Source: an uncultured Gemmatimonadaceae bacterium (GTDB lineage Bacteria > Gemmatimonadota > Gemmatimonadetes > Gemmatimonadales > Gemmatimonadaceae). Taken from it: a stretch of 64,000 nt of DNA. Position 1 is the stretch's first letter; the number at the start of each line of letters is the position of its first letter. The notes under the pieces were generated by a model. That model worked only from the letters and a program-made list of their open reading frames with translations. It was not told the origin of the DNA and did no database searches. Where the stretch lies: assembly GCA_963781585.1 (NCBI GenBank), contig CAWAGQ010000004.1, positions 704,001-768,000 of the forward strand, read 5' to 3'. This document shows positions 21,268-34,900 of this stretch, piece by piece. The translations under genes were made by a program, and so were the position numbers.

Positions 21268-23573
21268 GCGGAGCGGTCCCCCGCCCCGGTGACCCGGCCA
21301 TCACGCCCGCCCTGGTCAGCGAGCACGGGCTCACCGCGGACGAGTACCAGCGGCTGGTGGCGATGTTGGGCCGCACGCCGACGTTCACCGAGCTCGGGAT
21401 CGTCAGCGCATTGTGGAGTGAACATTGCTCGTACAAGCATTCGCGACCGGTGCTGCGCACGCTTCCCACCTCCGCACCGTACGTGTTGCAGGGGCCGGGC
21501 GAGAACGCCGGCGTGATCTCGGTGGGCGACGGACTCGCCGTGGCCTTCAAGATCGAGTCGCACAACCATCCGTCCGCGGTCGAACCGTATCAGGGCGCGG
21601 CCACCGGTGTTGGAGGCATCCTGCGCGACGTGTTCACCATGGGGGCGCGCCCGATCGCATTGCTCAATTCGCTGCGGTTCGGGAGCCTGGAGCATCCTCG
21701 CACGCGCTGGCTCTTTGCCGGCGTGGTGAAAGGCATCGGCGACTACGGCAACTGTGTGGGGGTGCCGACGGTGGCCGGCGAGGTGGTGTTCGACGATGCC
21801 TACGCGGCCAACCCCCTGGTGAACGCCATGTGCGTCGGCGTGTTGCGTGAGGAGGAGTTGATAACGGCGCGTGCCGAGGGTGTCGGGAACCCGATCATCG
21901 CGGTTGGCGCGCGCACCGGCCGCGACGGGATCCACGGAGCGTCGTTCGCATCGGAGGACCTGTCGCACGAGAGCGACGCGAAGCGCCCGCGGGTGCAGGT
22001 GGGCGATCCGTTCACCGAGAAGCTGCTTCTCGAGGCGTCGCTCGAACTGATCCGGTCGGGACATATCGTGGCCATCCAGGACATGGGCGCCGCCGGTCTC
22101 ACGAGTTCGTCGGCCGAGATGGCGGCGCGTGGCGACGTCGGCGTGACGATCGATGTGCGCCGCGTTCCGCTCCGCGAGGAGGGCATGACACCGTACGAAA
22201 TCCTGCTCAGCGAATCGCAGGAACGGATGCTCGTGGTGGCGCGCCGCGGACACGAGCGCGACGTAAAGGGCATTCTCGAGAAGTGGGACCTCAACGCGTC
22301 GGTGATCGGCGAGGTGATCGCCGAGCCGGTGTACCGGGTGACCGAGGGAGACCGCATCGTCGCGGAATTCCCGGGGTCGCGTCTGGTGACGGACTGTCCG
22401 GTCTACACACCTGAGGCCCGCGAAAGCGAGGAGGTGCGCCGCCTGCGCGAGCGCGAGGTGGATTCCATCGCCGAGCTGGCGGAGGAGAGCGATCCCTTCT
22501 GGACCCTCGAGCGGCTGCTCGGCTCGCCGACGATCGCCGACAAGACGTGGGTGGTGCGGCAATACGACAGCACGGTGCGGGCGAGCACGGTGGTGGGCCC
22601 GGGGTCGGCGGATGCCGCCGTGGTGCGGTTGCGTGGGACCGGCAAGGCGATCGCCATGAAGACGGACTGCAACGGTCGCTACGTCTATCTCGACCCGCGT
22701 GTGGGCGGGCGCATTGCCGTGGTGGAGGCGGCGCGCAACGTTGCGTGTACGGGGGCGCGCCCGATGGCGATCACCAACTGCCTGAATTTCGGCAATCCGC
22801 GGCGTCCCGAGGTCTTCTTCCAGTTCCGGGAGGCGGTGGCGGGCATGGCTGAAGCCTGTGAGGCGTTAGGCACCCCGGTCACGGGCGGCAACGTCTCGTT
22901 CTACAACGAGAGTCCCGGGCGCGCGGTGTACCCGACCCCCACGATCGGCATGGTGGGGCTGATCGACGATCTCGCTCACGTGACACGCGCGGGATTCTCG
23001 TCCCCGGGCGACGCGATCATCCTGCTCGGCGAGAACAGCGGCGAGATCGGTGGCAGTGAGTACCTGCGCTGGATCCACGACGTGGTGGGGGGGTATGCGC
23101 CGCGGTGCGATTTGCAGGGCGAGCGCAAGCTGATCGACGTTCTCCTTTCCGCGATCCGGGGCGGGCATGTGGCCTCGGCGCACGATTGCAGCGAGGGCGG
23201 CCTCGCGGTGGCACTTGCTGAGTGCTGCCTCCTGAGCTCCCCGGAACCCCTCGGGGCCTCGATCGACCTGAGCGCGTGGGAGGCCCTGCCGCGACGGGCG
23301 CTGTTGTTCGGGGAGGCGCAGGGGCGCGTCGTGGTCTCCACCGACGCGGCCGATGCGGTGGTCGAAGTCGCCCGGCTGGGTGGGGTGCCCGCGCGTGTTA
23401 TCGGCCGCGTGGGCGATGCCAACGGGTTATTCTCCGTAAGAACAGGTTCGAGAGAATGGCGGATGCCGGTCGCGAGGCTGGGCGATGCCTATTTCGATGC
23501 GATTCCCTCGATCATGACACGGATCGCCACGGCGAGTGACGAGACGGAGCGGACCTTGACGGCGGACGTTTGA
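21264..23573 (+). CDS. purL: FGAM synthase subunit PurL
   Basis: [64 protein letters not shown]. Confidence 0.98.
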   Translation: MSGAVPRPGDPAITPALVSEHGLTADEYQRLVAMLGRTPTFTELGIVSALWSEHCSYKHSRPVLRTLPTSAPYVLQGPGENAGVISVGDGLAVAFKIESHNHPSAVEPYQGAATGVGGILRDVFTMGARPIALLNSLRFGSLEHPRTRWLFAGVVKGIGDYGNCVGVPTVAGEVVFDDAYAANPLVNAMCVGVLREEELITARAEGVGNPIIAVGARTGRDGIHGASFASEDLSHESDAKRPRVQVGDPFTEKLLLEASLELIRSGHIVAIQDMGAAGLTSSSAEMAARGDVGVTIDVRRVPLREEGMTPYEILLSESQERMLVVARRGHERDVKGILEKWDLNASVIGEVIAEPVYRVTEGDRIVAEFPGSRLVTDCPVYTPEARESEEVRRLREREVDSIAELAEESDPFWTLERLLGSPTIADKTWVVRQYDSTVRASTVVGPGSADAAVVRLRGTGKAIAMKTDCNGRYVYLDPRVGGRIAVVEAARNVACTGARPMAITNCLNFGNPRRPEVFFQFREAVAGMAEACEALGTPVTGGNVSFYNESPGRAVYPTPTIGMVGLIDDLAHVTRAGFSSPGDAIILLGENSGEIGGSEYLRWIHDVVGGYAPRCDLQGERKLIDVLLSAIRGGHVASAHDCSEGGLAVALAECCLLSSPEPLGASIDLSAWEALPRRALLFGEAQGRVVVSTDAADAVVEVARLGGVPARVIGRVGDANGLFSVRTGSREWRMPVARLGDAYFDAIPSIMTRIATASDETERTLTADV

Positions 23574-23578
23574 TTCAA

Positions 23579-24961
23579 ATGTGCGGCATCTTTGGAGTCT
23601 GGGGTCACTCGGGCGCAGCGTCGCTGACGCGCCTGGGCTTGTATGCCCTGCAGCATCGCGGGCAGGAGTCGGCCGGCATCGTCGCCGTGGGCGAGGATGG
23701 GGTGGCCCATTCCCTCCGCAAGATGGGGCTGGTGTCCGAGGCCTTCACGACCGAGGAGCTCGAGCACCTGGACGGGCGCATCGCCATCGGGCACACCCGC
23801 TACAGCACCGCCGGGACGTCCGCCATCGAAAACGCGCAGCCGGTGCTGGCGCGGTTCCGCGAGGGCCACCTGGCGCTGGCTCACAACGGCAACCTGATCA
23901 ACGCGGTGGAGCTGCGCCGCCAGCTGGAAGATCGCGGTTCGATTTTCTCGTCGAGCATGGACTCGGAGGTGCTGGTCCACCGGCTTGCCAGGTCGTCGGC
24001 CGTGGCGCCCGAGCACCGTCTGGCTGACGCGCTGGCGCGCGTGGAGGGCGCGTACAGCCTGCTGGTCCTGATCGGGGAGACGCTGCTCGCGGCGCGCGAT
24101 CCGCGTGGCTGGCGCCCCCTGGTGATCGGACGGGCCGGAGAGGCCTGGGTCGCCGCCTCGGAAACGTGCGCCCTCGACATGGTGGGCGCGACCCTGATGC
24201 GCGAGGTCAGGCCGGGCGAGATCATCGCCATCGACCGGGACGGCATGCGGTGCTTCCAGGCGTTCGATGTGCAGCCCCTCAAGCGGTGCGTCTTCGAGTA
24301 CATCTACTTCGCGCGTCCTGACAGCTACGTGTTCGGTGGATCGGTCGATCGGGCGCGTCGCGCTCTCGGGAGGCAACTGGCGCTGGAGCGTCCGGCACCT
24401 GGAGCCGACCTGGTATTTGCGGTCCCCGACTCGTCGAACGCAGCCGCGCTTGGTTACGCCGAGGGCTCGGGGCTCCCGCTCGAACTGGCGCTGATCCGCA
24501 ACCACTATGTGGGTCGCACGTTCATCCAGCCTTCGCAGGGCGACCGCGACGCGAAGGTGAAAGTGAAATACAACGCGGTGCGCGAGGTGCTGGCCGGAAA
24601 GAGCGTTGTGATGGTGGACGATTCCATCGTGCGGGGCACGACGACCCGTGGGCTCGTGGCGATGGTGCGCGCGGCCGGCGCGCGACAGGTGCACATGCGC
24701 GTGTCGTCACCGCCCATCACCGGGCCGTGCTATTACGGCATCGACACGCCCCGTCGTGAGGAACTCATCGCCGCGAACTATCCGGTCCGGGAGATCGCCA
24801 GACGGATCGACGTGGACAGCCTGGGATACCTCTCGCTCGAGGGAATGCTGCAGGCCGTACCCGGCGGTCCGGACGGGTTCTGCCATGCCTGCTTTTCGGG
24901 AGATTACCCGACGCCTCCGCCGAGCAACCCTGACAAACTGCGATTTGGCCGCGTAGCATAG
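23579..24961 (+). CDS. purF: Amidophosphoribosyltransferase
   Basis: MCGIFG (Ntn Cys), LQHRGQE, GHTRYST, CVFEYIYFARPDS, VDDSIVRGTT. Confidence 0.98.
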   Translation: MCGIFGVWGHSGAASLTRLGLYALQHRGQESAGIVAVGEDGVAHSLRKMGLVSEAFTTEELEHLDGRIAIGHTRYSTAGTSAIENAQPVLARFREGHLALAHNGNLINAVELRRQLEDRGSIFSSSMDSEVLVHRLARSSAVAPEHRLADALARVEGAYSLLVLIGETLLAARDPRGWRPLVIGRAGEAWVAASETCALDMVGATLMREVRPGEIIAIDRDGMRCFQAFDVQPLKRCVFEYIYFARPDSYVFGGSVDRARRALGRQLALERPAPGADLVFAVPDSSNAAALGYAEGSGLPLELALIRNHYVGRTFIQPSQGDRDAKVKVKYNAVREVLAGKSVVMVDDSIVRGTTTRGLVAMVRAAGARQVHMRVSSPPITGPCYYGIDTPRREELIAANYPVREIARRIDVDSLGYLSLEGMLQAVPGGPDGFCHACFSGDYPTPPPSNPDKLRFGRVA

Positions 24962-25049
24962 AGGTTCGCCCGGATGTTCGCGGGCGCGCGGTCATCGGAC
25001 CGCGCAGCGTCCGATCGAACCCTTCCCCGCCCTCCTCCCCTGACGTCCC

Positions 25050-27710
<2,661 letters not shown>

Positions 27711-27790
27711 GGGGCGTGGTGCGTCGCCGGCCGGATGATATTTTTCCGGTGGCATGCAGCACCTCACCCGCCACGCAGGAGCCTACGTCC

Positions 27791-28579
27791 GTGAGTCGCA
27801 CTGCCACTGGATTGCCGGCCGCGCCGGCGCCGGTTTCACCCGGCTCGAGTGGGACCCAGGCTGATCGGTTGTTTGCCGCCACGGCGCAGGGACCGGACGA
27901 TTTCCGCTTCGATACGAACACGGCCGCGGTCTTCGACGACATGGTCAACCGGTCGGTGCCGTTCTACGGAGAGATTCAGCGGATGATCGCGGAACTGGCG
28001 GCGGATTTCGCGGTGCCCGGCACGAACCTCTACGATCTCGGCTGCGCCACGGCCACCACATTTGCCGCCCTGGAGGGCGTGGTGGATCCCGGGGTGCGGT
28101 TCATCGGGATGGATAGCTCGGACGAGATGCTCTCCCGGGCGCGGCAGAAGCTGGACCTGGTGCCGAGCGCGCGGGAGCGGCGGCTGGTGGTACAGGACCT
28201 GAACGACCGGTTCCGGATCGAGAATGCCTCGGTCGTGATCATGATGCTGACCCTGCAGTTCGTGCGGCCGCTGCAACGTGAGCGGGTGGTTGGCGAGATC
28301 GCGCGCGGGCTCCATCCCGGGGGGTGTCTGATCCTCGTGGAGAAACTCACCGAGAGCGATTCGCTCTTCAACCGGCTGTTCATCAAGTACTACTACGAGA
28401 TGAAGCGCCGGCACGGATACTCGGAGCTGGAGATCGCCAAGAAGCGCGAGGCGCTGGAGAACGTGCTCATTCCCTATCACTACGAGGAGAATTCCACGCT
28501 CCTGCTGTCGAACGGGTTCAGCACCCTTCAGACGTGGTTCCGCTGGTACAACTTCTGTGGCATGATCGCGGTCAAGTGA
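27791..28579 (+). CDS. cmoA: Carboxy-S-adenosyl-L-methionine synthase
   Basis: FRFD...[51 protein letters not shown] 27791 follows an AGGAG. Confidence 0.9.
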   Translation: MSRTATGLPAAPAPVSPGSSGTQADRLFAATAQGPDDFRFDTNTAAVFDDMVNRSVPFYGEIQRMIAELAADFAVPGTNLYDLGCATATTFAALEGVVDPGVRFIGMDSSDEMLSRARQKLDLVPSARERRLVVQDLNDRFRIENASVVIMMLTLQFVRPLQRERVVGEIARGLHPGGCLILVEKLTESDSLFNRLFIKYYYEMKRRHGYSELEIAKKREALENVLIPYHYEENSTLLLSNGFSTLQTWFRWYNFCGMIAVK

Positions 28580-29340
28580 CGGCGTCCGCCAGCGTCACCA
28601 CAAGCGCGGGCCCGACGCCACTGGCCCGGCTCGGTGCGTTCTTCTTCCGGTACCGCGACGCGGTGTTCCCGGGGGTGTTCGGCGTGATGGTGCTGGCCAC
28701 CGATCCGCAGCGCCTGCTGGGCAGTGACCGTCTGGACGCGCTCGCGGATGGCGTGGGGATTCTCCTGTCGGCTCTCGGCCAGGCGCTGCGGATCGCCGTT
28801 GTGGGCTACGCCTACATCATTCGCGGCGGGCGCAAGCGCACGGTATACGCGGAGGATCTCGTGACCGGCGGATTGTTCGGGGTCTGCCGCAATCCCCTCT
28901 ATCTCGGGAACCTGCTCGTCATTCTGGGGCTGTTGCTGATCTGGAACAGCCCGTGGGCGTACGCGGTCTGCGTTCCGTTCTTCCTGCTCGGCTATCGCGC
29001 GATCGTCGCCGCGGAGGAAGGCTACCTGCGCGCCCAGTTCGGACCGGCGTACGACCAGTACTGCCGGGAGGTTCGGCGCTGGCTGCCGGCGTGGGGGCGC
29101 CTAGCGAGCTCCGTGCAGGGAATTGGGTTCCACTGGCACCGGGTCGTGCTGAAGGAGTACGGCACCATCGCGGCCTGGCTGGGCACGACGCTCGCGCTGA
29201 TCGTGCTCGAGACCATCTCGTTCTCGACCGTTGCCGTGCACCCGGTGCGCCTCGCCGTGTGCGTCCTGCTGATCGCAATTGTCGTCGCGCTCTGGGCCAT
29301 CACGCGATGGCTGAAGATCACCCACCGCCTGCATCGATGA
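28576..29340 (+). CDS. Isoprenylcysteine carboxylmethyltransferase/PEMT-family membrane methyltransferase
   Basis: [18 protein letters not shown]...[26 protein letters not shown] signature and multiple TM segments; GTGA overlap with the cmoA stop. Confidence 0.88.
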   Translation: MTASASVTTSAGPTPLARLGAFFFRYRDAVFPGVFGVMVLATDPQRLLGSDRLDALADGVGILLSALGQALRIAVVGYAYIIRGGRKRTVYAEDLVTGGLFGVCRNPLYLGNLLVILGLLLIWNSPWAYAVCVPFFLLGYRAIVAAEEGYLRAQFGPAYDQYCREVRRWLPAWGRLASSVQGIGFHWHRVVLKEYGTIAAWLGTTLALIVLETISFSTVAVHPVRLAVCVLLIAIVVALWAITRWLKITHRLHR

Positions 29341-31215
29341 GGACGACCGGCGACTGCCGGCGGTCGCCGCCGGCAGCACAATCCGGAACGTAGCCCCCTC
29401 GCCAGGTCCACTCTCGGCCGTCAGTTCACCGTCGTTCGCCTGCACCAGGCTGCGCGAGACTGCGAGCCCGAGCCCGATGCCGTGCGATTTGGTCGTGAAC
29501 AGGGGTTCAAAGATCTTTTCGAGGTTCTCCTCTGCTATTCCCGGTCCGGTGTCGCGTACCTCGAGCCGCACCCGATCCGGCCCGGTCGCCCGTCCACGAA
29601 GCGTGAGGATCGCGCTGCCTCCGTCCACGGCCTGAAGGGCGTTGGTCAGGAGATTGAAGACCACCTGTCCCAGCTGAACAGGATCGGCCCACACCGCCGG
29701 CAGGTCATCCGGGAAGTCGCGCTCCAGGCGGACGCCATTCAGCGAACCGAGCCGCTCGAGTTGCGCATCCACCAGCTCGACCAGAGGGACAGCGACTCGA
29801 TCCGGCGTCCTGATGCGCGCTACATCCAGCAGATCTCCGATAATGCGCTCCGAGAGCGCGACCTGCCGGCGCATCACGCCCAGATATTCCCGCACGTCCT
29901 CCGACGGCTGCTCCAGCACCAGTCCGAGATACTCGATGGCGTTGCTCATCACGCCCAGGGGATTGCGGAGCTCGTGTCCGACCCCGCTGGCAAGTTGTCC
30001 CAGGAGGGTCAGCTTCTCCCTGCGCAGCAGCGCCTCCTGCGCATCCCGCAACTGGCGATTCGTCTGGTCGAGATCGCGCGTCCGTTCGGCAACTTTCTCC
30101 TCGAGCCGTTGCTGCGAATCGCGAATGCGGCCGGCCATGGCTTCGAAGGCCTTGGACAGCCGACCGATTTCATCGGCGCGATCGGTCGGTACCGCGCGCG
30201 AGTAGTCCCCTGCTGCCACCTGGTCGGCGGCGTCGGTGAGCACGCGCAGCGGATGCGTGATACGACGTCCCAGGAACCACTGGACGGCGAGACCGATCAC
30301 GACGAAGGCGACCGCGATCAGCAGGATCTGCCTCAGGAACTGGTCAGCCGGTTCGAGAATGTTGCTGAACGGGAATTCCAGCCGCATCAGCCACGGTCGG
30401 GACGGCATGGCGGTGGTAATCGCCATAGCTGGCTCGAGGGAATCCGTCGCGGCGTAGCGGACCACCGAGTCGAGGGACGGCTCCGGACGGTCGGGCGGAC
30501 CCGATCCAACCAGGACGGACCAGTTGGTCCCGTCGCGATTCCCGATCACAAGGCGGGCTTTTGATCCGATTAGTTGCTGGAACCGCTCGGCGCCGTTCCC
30601 GCCCGGCGACCTCGGCATACGACGCCACTGCACCACGGCTCCGCGCACCGGTTTCCGGAACGTCGCGCCGAAGGGAAAGACCACTGCTCCGTCGTACGAG
30701 CGGAATTCTCCAAAGACGATGGAATCCTCACCGGCACGCCGGAGCATCGACGCCACGCTGGAATCGGCCCAGCTGGGCATCGTGGCGTTCCCCGCCCCGA
30801 GGAGGAGAGTACCCCCCGAGCTGCGCAATTCCGTACGAATCGCGCTGGGCACCGCCTTGTGCGCGGCCTGCAAGGCGTCGAGCGCGCTCAATTCAGTGCG
30901 CGGATCAGGGGAGGCGAGAAAAGTGCGCACCTCCCCGCTGTCCACCAGGGCGCGCAGCTGCAACGCGTTCTGCCGTCCAAGGGCACTGGTCACGGCTGTC
31001 AGCTGCCCGGAAAGGACCTGGAGGCGGTCTGCGGCCGCGTCGATGGCGGTGCGCCGTACCTCGTAGTATGAGGCCAGGCTGAGCGCCGCGGCGAGCAGCA
31101 GGAGCAGCACCGCCGTGATCAGCGGGACCTTGTAGGCGATCGAGAGCCTGGCCAGGAACCCGCTCGGCATGTGGCGAGGAGCACCCGGCAAGCCGGCGCC
31201 AGGACTAGCCGACAT
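29101..31215 (-). CDS. Membrane sensor histidine kinase (TM-extracytoplasmic sensor-TM-HAMP-HisKA-HATPase)
   Basis: HAMP (PLRVL...DEIGRL), H-box GHELRNPL, N-box NLLTNA, DTGPGI, FEPLFTTK, GLGL. Start is 31215 or 31170; the C-terminal tail runs into the convergent gene. Confidence 0.92.
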   Translation of the reverse strand: MSASPGAGLPGAPRHMPSGFLARLSIAYKVPLITAVLLLLLAAALSLASYYEVRRTAIDAAADRLQVLSGQLTAVTSALGRQNALQLRALVDSGEVRTFLASPDPRTELSALDALQAAHKAVPSAIRTELRSSGGTLLLGAGNATMPSWADSSVASMLRRAGEDSIVFGEFRSYDGAVVFPFGATFRKPVRGAVVQWRRMPRSPGGNGAERFQQLIGSKARLVIGNRDGTNWSVLVGSGPPDRPEPSLDSVVRYAATDSLEPAMAITTAMPSRPWLMRLEFPFSNILEPADQFLRQILLIAVAFVVIGLAVQWFLGRRITHPLRVLTDAADQVAAGDYSRAVPTDRADEIGRLSKAFEAMAGRIRDSQQRLEEKVAERTRDLDQTNRQLRDAQEALLRREKLTLLGQLASGVGHELRNPLGVMSNAIEYLGLVLEQPSEDVREYLGVMRRQVALSERIIGDLLDVARIRTPDRVAVPLVELVDAQLERLGSLNGVRLERDFPDDLPAVWADPVQLGQVVFNLLTNALQAVDGGSAILTLRGRATGPDRVRLEVRDTGPGIAEENLEKIFEPLFTTKSHGIGLGLAVSRSLVQANDGELTAESGPGEGATFRIVLPAATAGSRRSSSSMQAVGDLQPSRDGPERDDNCDQQDAHGEAHRVHGNGRERDGLEHDQRERRAQPGRDGAVLLQHDPVPVEPNSLHGAR

Positions 31216-31991
31216 CAGTTCGGGGTTGATTGCTGCCAGAACGTATCGGGGGCGATTGCAGGGCGGATGTGACGCGTCGCACGTCTTCACTTCCGGTGCT
31301 CGGCTTGCCGAAGGTCGCCATTGCAGGACTCGTCGCCTGGCCCGTGCTCGTGCGCCTGGGGACCGTCCGTACCCCGGCTCGCCCACCGGGTGCCAGTGCT
31401 GCACTACGCCCAGTGCCCGCCCGACCCCAAGATCGCATCACTCGCTCCGACTCGAAGGAAGGCATGTTGCCATCCGACTTGCAGGGACAGCGCCACCTAA
31501 CGAACCGCCGGGACGCGACCCTTCTCCGCGTGCGCGGGAAGAGCATCGGGCGACACGGACCGCGTGTCCTCGAAGAGTGCGTTCTCCCTAAGGTAGACGC
31601 CGCCAGGCAATGTGCAACCCGCGCGGGCGGCCGTCGCAGCCGGTCCGGAGGTCCGCCCTTCGCGGAAGCGTCCGGGGACCACAAACCGGGCCCATCCAAC
31701 ATCCTGGGGGTGCCGCACGTTCACTGAGGGTGTTTCGTCACATCCCGTGGTATGGCGGGAATTGCACGTGTTGGGCGCGCGGACGCGGATCGCGCTGGCG
31801 CGCCCAGCCCAGCGTTCTGCTGTGTCCGTGCACGCGGGCGCGGAGCGGCTGGGTTCGGTAACATTTCGCCACCCAGGAGCACCACCTCACTTCAGACGTC
31901 CGCACGGCCACGAGCCGCGCCTTACCTCCCGCGAACGCTCAGGAGCGCCAAACGTACGTCGCAAGCCACACACTGTGTTCGGAGGCCCCTC

Positions 31992-34900
31992 ATGGCAGCG
32001 CACCGCTTCACGACGTTTGGGTCAGCCGCAGTAGTCGCTCTCGGTCTGGGCTGGAGTTCCGCGACCGCCCAGTCGGGCCCGTCCTCGGGACCGGTGGCGC
32101 CGGAGTTCGAGCACCTGCACTTCCGGTCCATCGGTCCGGCGACCATGTCGGGCCGGATAGCGGATCTGGCGGTGTTCGAGGCCAATCCCGCGATCTTCTA
32201 CGTCGGCAGCGCACACGGCGGGGTCTGGAAGACGACAAGCAAGGGTGCCCTGTTCACGCCGCTGATGCAGGATCAGGGACTCCTCTCGATCGGTGACGTC
32301 ACCGTCTCGCAGCAGGATCCCGATCTGGTGTGGGTTGGTACCGGCGAATCGAACAATCGCCAGAGTACCTCCTGGGGCGACGGCGTCTTCAAGTCGACCG
32401 ATGGCGGGAAATCGTTCCAGTTCATGGGACTGGGCAACTCCAAGCACGTGGGCCGCATCGTTATCGACCCCGGCAACAACGACGTCGTGCTGGTGGCCGC
32501 CACCGGACCGCTGTTTGGTCCTGGCGGCGATCGCGGCGTCTACAAGACCGTGGATGGCGGCAAGACCTGGAAACAGGTACTCAAGGTCGACGACGAGACC
32601 GGGGCGAACGATCTGGTGATGGCCACGACCGATCCCCGGATCCTCTTTGCCTCGACATACCAGCGACGCCGGACCGCGTGCTGCATGAACGGCGGCGGAC
32701 CCGGGAGCGGCATCTGGAAGTCCACGGACGGCGGCGACACGTGGCGCCGGGTGAGCGGTGGCGGACTTCCCGGTGAGTCGCTGGGGCGCATCGCGGTCGA
32801 TGTGTATCGGAAGAACGCGAACATCGTGTACGCGTCGATCGAGGGACCCGGGACAGGGGGACGCGGCTTCGGCGGCGGCGGGGCCGCGCCGGAACCCGAC
32901 ACGGCGGCGGGGCGCGGCGGTCAGGCTGGTGGTCGAGGGGGGCGCGGTGGCGGCGGCGGAGCCGATCAGGGCGTCACGGGGCTCTATCGCTCCGACGACG
33001 GCGGACAGAACTGGCACAAGGTGAGCAGCAACAATCCGCGGCCGATGTATTTCAGCCAGGTTCGCATCGATCCGAACAATCCGGACCGCGTCTACATGGG
33101 CGGCGTCGGCCTGCAGATGACCATCGACGGCGGGCAGACCTTTGCAACCGACGCGGCGCTGGTCGCCCACGATGACATCCACGCGATCTGGATCGATCCG
33201 GGTAACTCGAATCACCTCCTGATCGGCAATGACGGCGGCGTGTACGAATCCTTCGACATGAGCAAGACGTGGACGTTCATGCCGAACCTGCCGGTAGGGC
33301 TCTTCTACCACGTCAGCTACGATATGGAGATGCCCTACAACGTCTGCGGCGGCATGCAGGACAACTACGACTGGTGCGGACCGAGCGCGTCGCGGCACGG
33401 CAACGGCATCATGAACTACGACTGGTTCCAGGTGCAGGGTGGTGACGGTTTCGTGGCACTGCCCGACCAGCGCGACTCGCGGTTCGTCTACACCGAGTCG
33501 CAGGATGGGAACATGATTCGTCGCAACAAGATCACCGGCGAATCGAAGAGCATCCGGCCGAACGCGAACAACGTCACGCCGCCTCCGGCCGAGGGCGAGA
33601 CGTTCCGGTTCCATTGGGACACGCCGATGATCCTCTCGCCGAACGATCCCGGCATTCTGCTGGTCGCGGCCAATCGCGTCTTCCGATCGACCGACCACGG
33701 CGACTCGTGGACGGTCATCAGTCCCGACCTCACGACCAACGCCGACCGCGACACGATCGTGACCATGGGGCTCAAAGGGAGCGACATCAGGATTTCGCGC
33801 GACGACGGCATCTCGCAATGGCCGACGATCGTCGCACTGGCGGAGTCGCCGCGGCAGCCGGGCGTTTACTACACCGGCACGGACGACGGCGTGGTGAGTA
33901 TTTCGCGCGACGGAGGAAAGAGCTGGCAGAACATCACCACGCGGCTTTCCGGATTCCCGGCCGGCGCATTTGTCTCCGAGGTGGTTCCGTCGCGTTTCGA
34001 CGCCGGCACGGTGTACATCACCGTCGACAACCACCGGCTGAATGACTTCGAAACCCATATGTGGGTGAGCAACGACTTCGGTGCAACGTTCCGCTCGCTC
34101 AACGGCGACCTCCGCGGTCAGGTGGTCAAGACGCTGACGGAAGACCAGCGCAATCCGGACGTGCTCTACATTGGTACCGAGACGGGAATCTTCCTGTCGC
34201 TCGATCGCGGAAAGACGTGGCGCCGGCTAAAGGCCAACCTGCCCACTGTGCGGGTCGACGAGATCACCCTGCATCCGCGCGACAACGCGATGATCGTCGC
34301 GACCCATGGTCGGGCCCTCTGGATCCTCGATCATCTCGAGCCGATTCAGGAGTACACCGCGGTCGCCTCGGCGGGCGGAGACGCCAGACTGTTCTCGGTG
34401 CCGAACGCCCTCGAGTGGAAGGCGAAGGACGATCGCAACGACGAATTCTGGGGCCACAACTACTTCATCGGCGAGAATCCGCCCACCGACGCCGTCATCG
34501 AGTTCGATCTCAAGCGTCCCGTCAACAACCTTTCGGTCAGGGTGACGGACGGGTCGGGGCGCACGGTCCGCGACATCACGGCGCCGGCGAATCGGCGGCA
34601 GGCCGGCATTCAGGCCGTCTGCTGGGATCTGCGCGTGGAGCCGATCGAGACGCCTAACGCTGGAGGGGGCGGTGGGCGGGGCGGTGCCGGACGTGGTGGG
34701 GGTGGAGGCGGCGGTGGCGGGCGCGGTGGCGCTCAGGCCGACATCCCGGGCGTACCAACGCCTCTTCCGACTCCCGGGTATCTGCCGTCCGATCCCTGCG
34801 CCCCCGAAGGCGGTGCGGGCGGTCGTGGTGGCGGTTTCGGTGGCTTCGGTGGGGGAGGCGGCGCGGGTCCGCACGTGCTGCCAGGAACGTACACGGTCGC

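Noticed and set aside
32022..34058. Long antisense or alternate-frame ORFs (e.g. 32022-34058, 43986-45884, 59129-61030, 15960-17480, 3669-5465)
   Set aside because: They are shadows of well-supported genes in high-GC DNA, with Arg/Pro/Ala-rich or motif-less translations.
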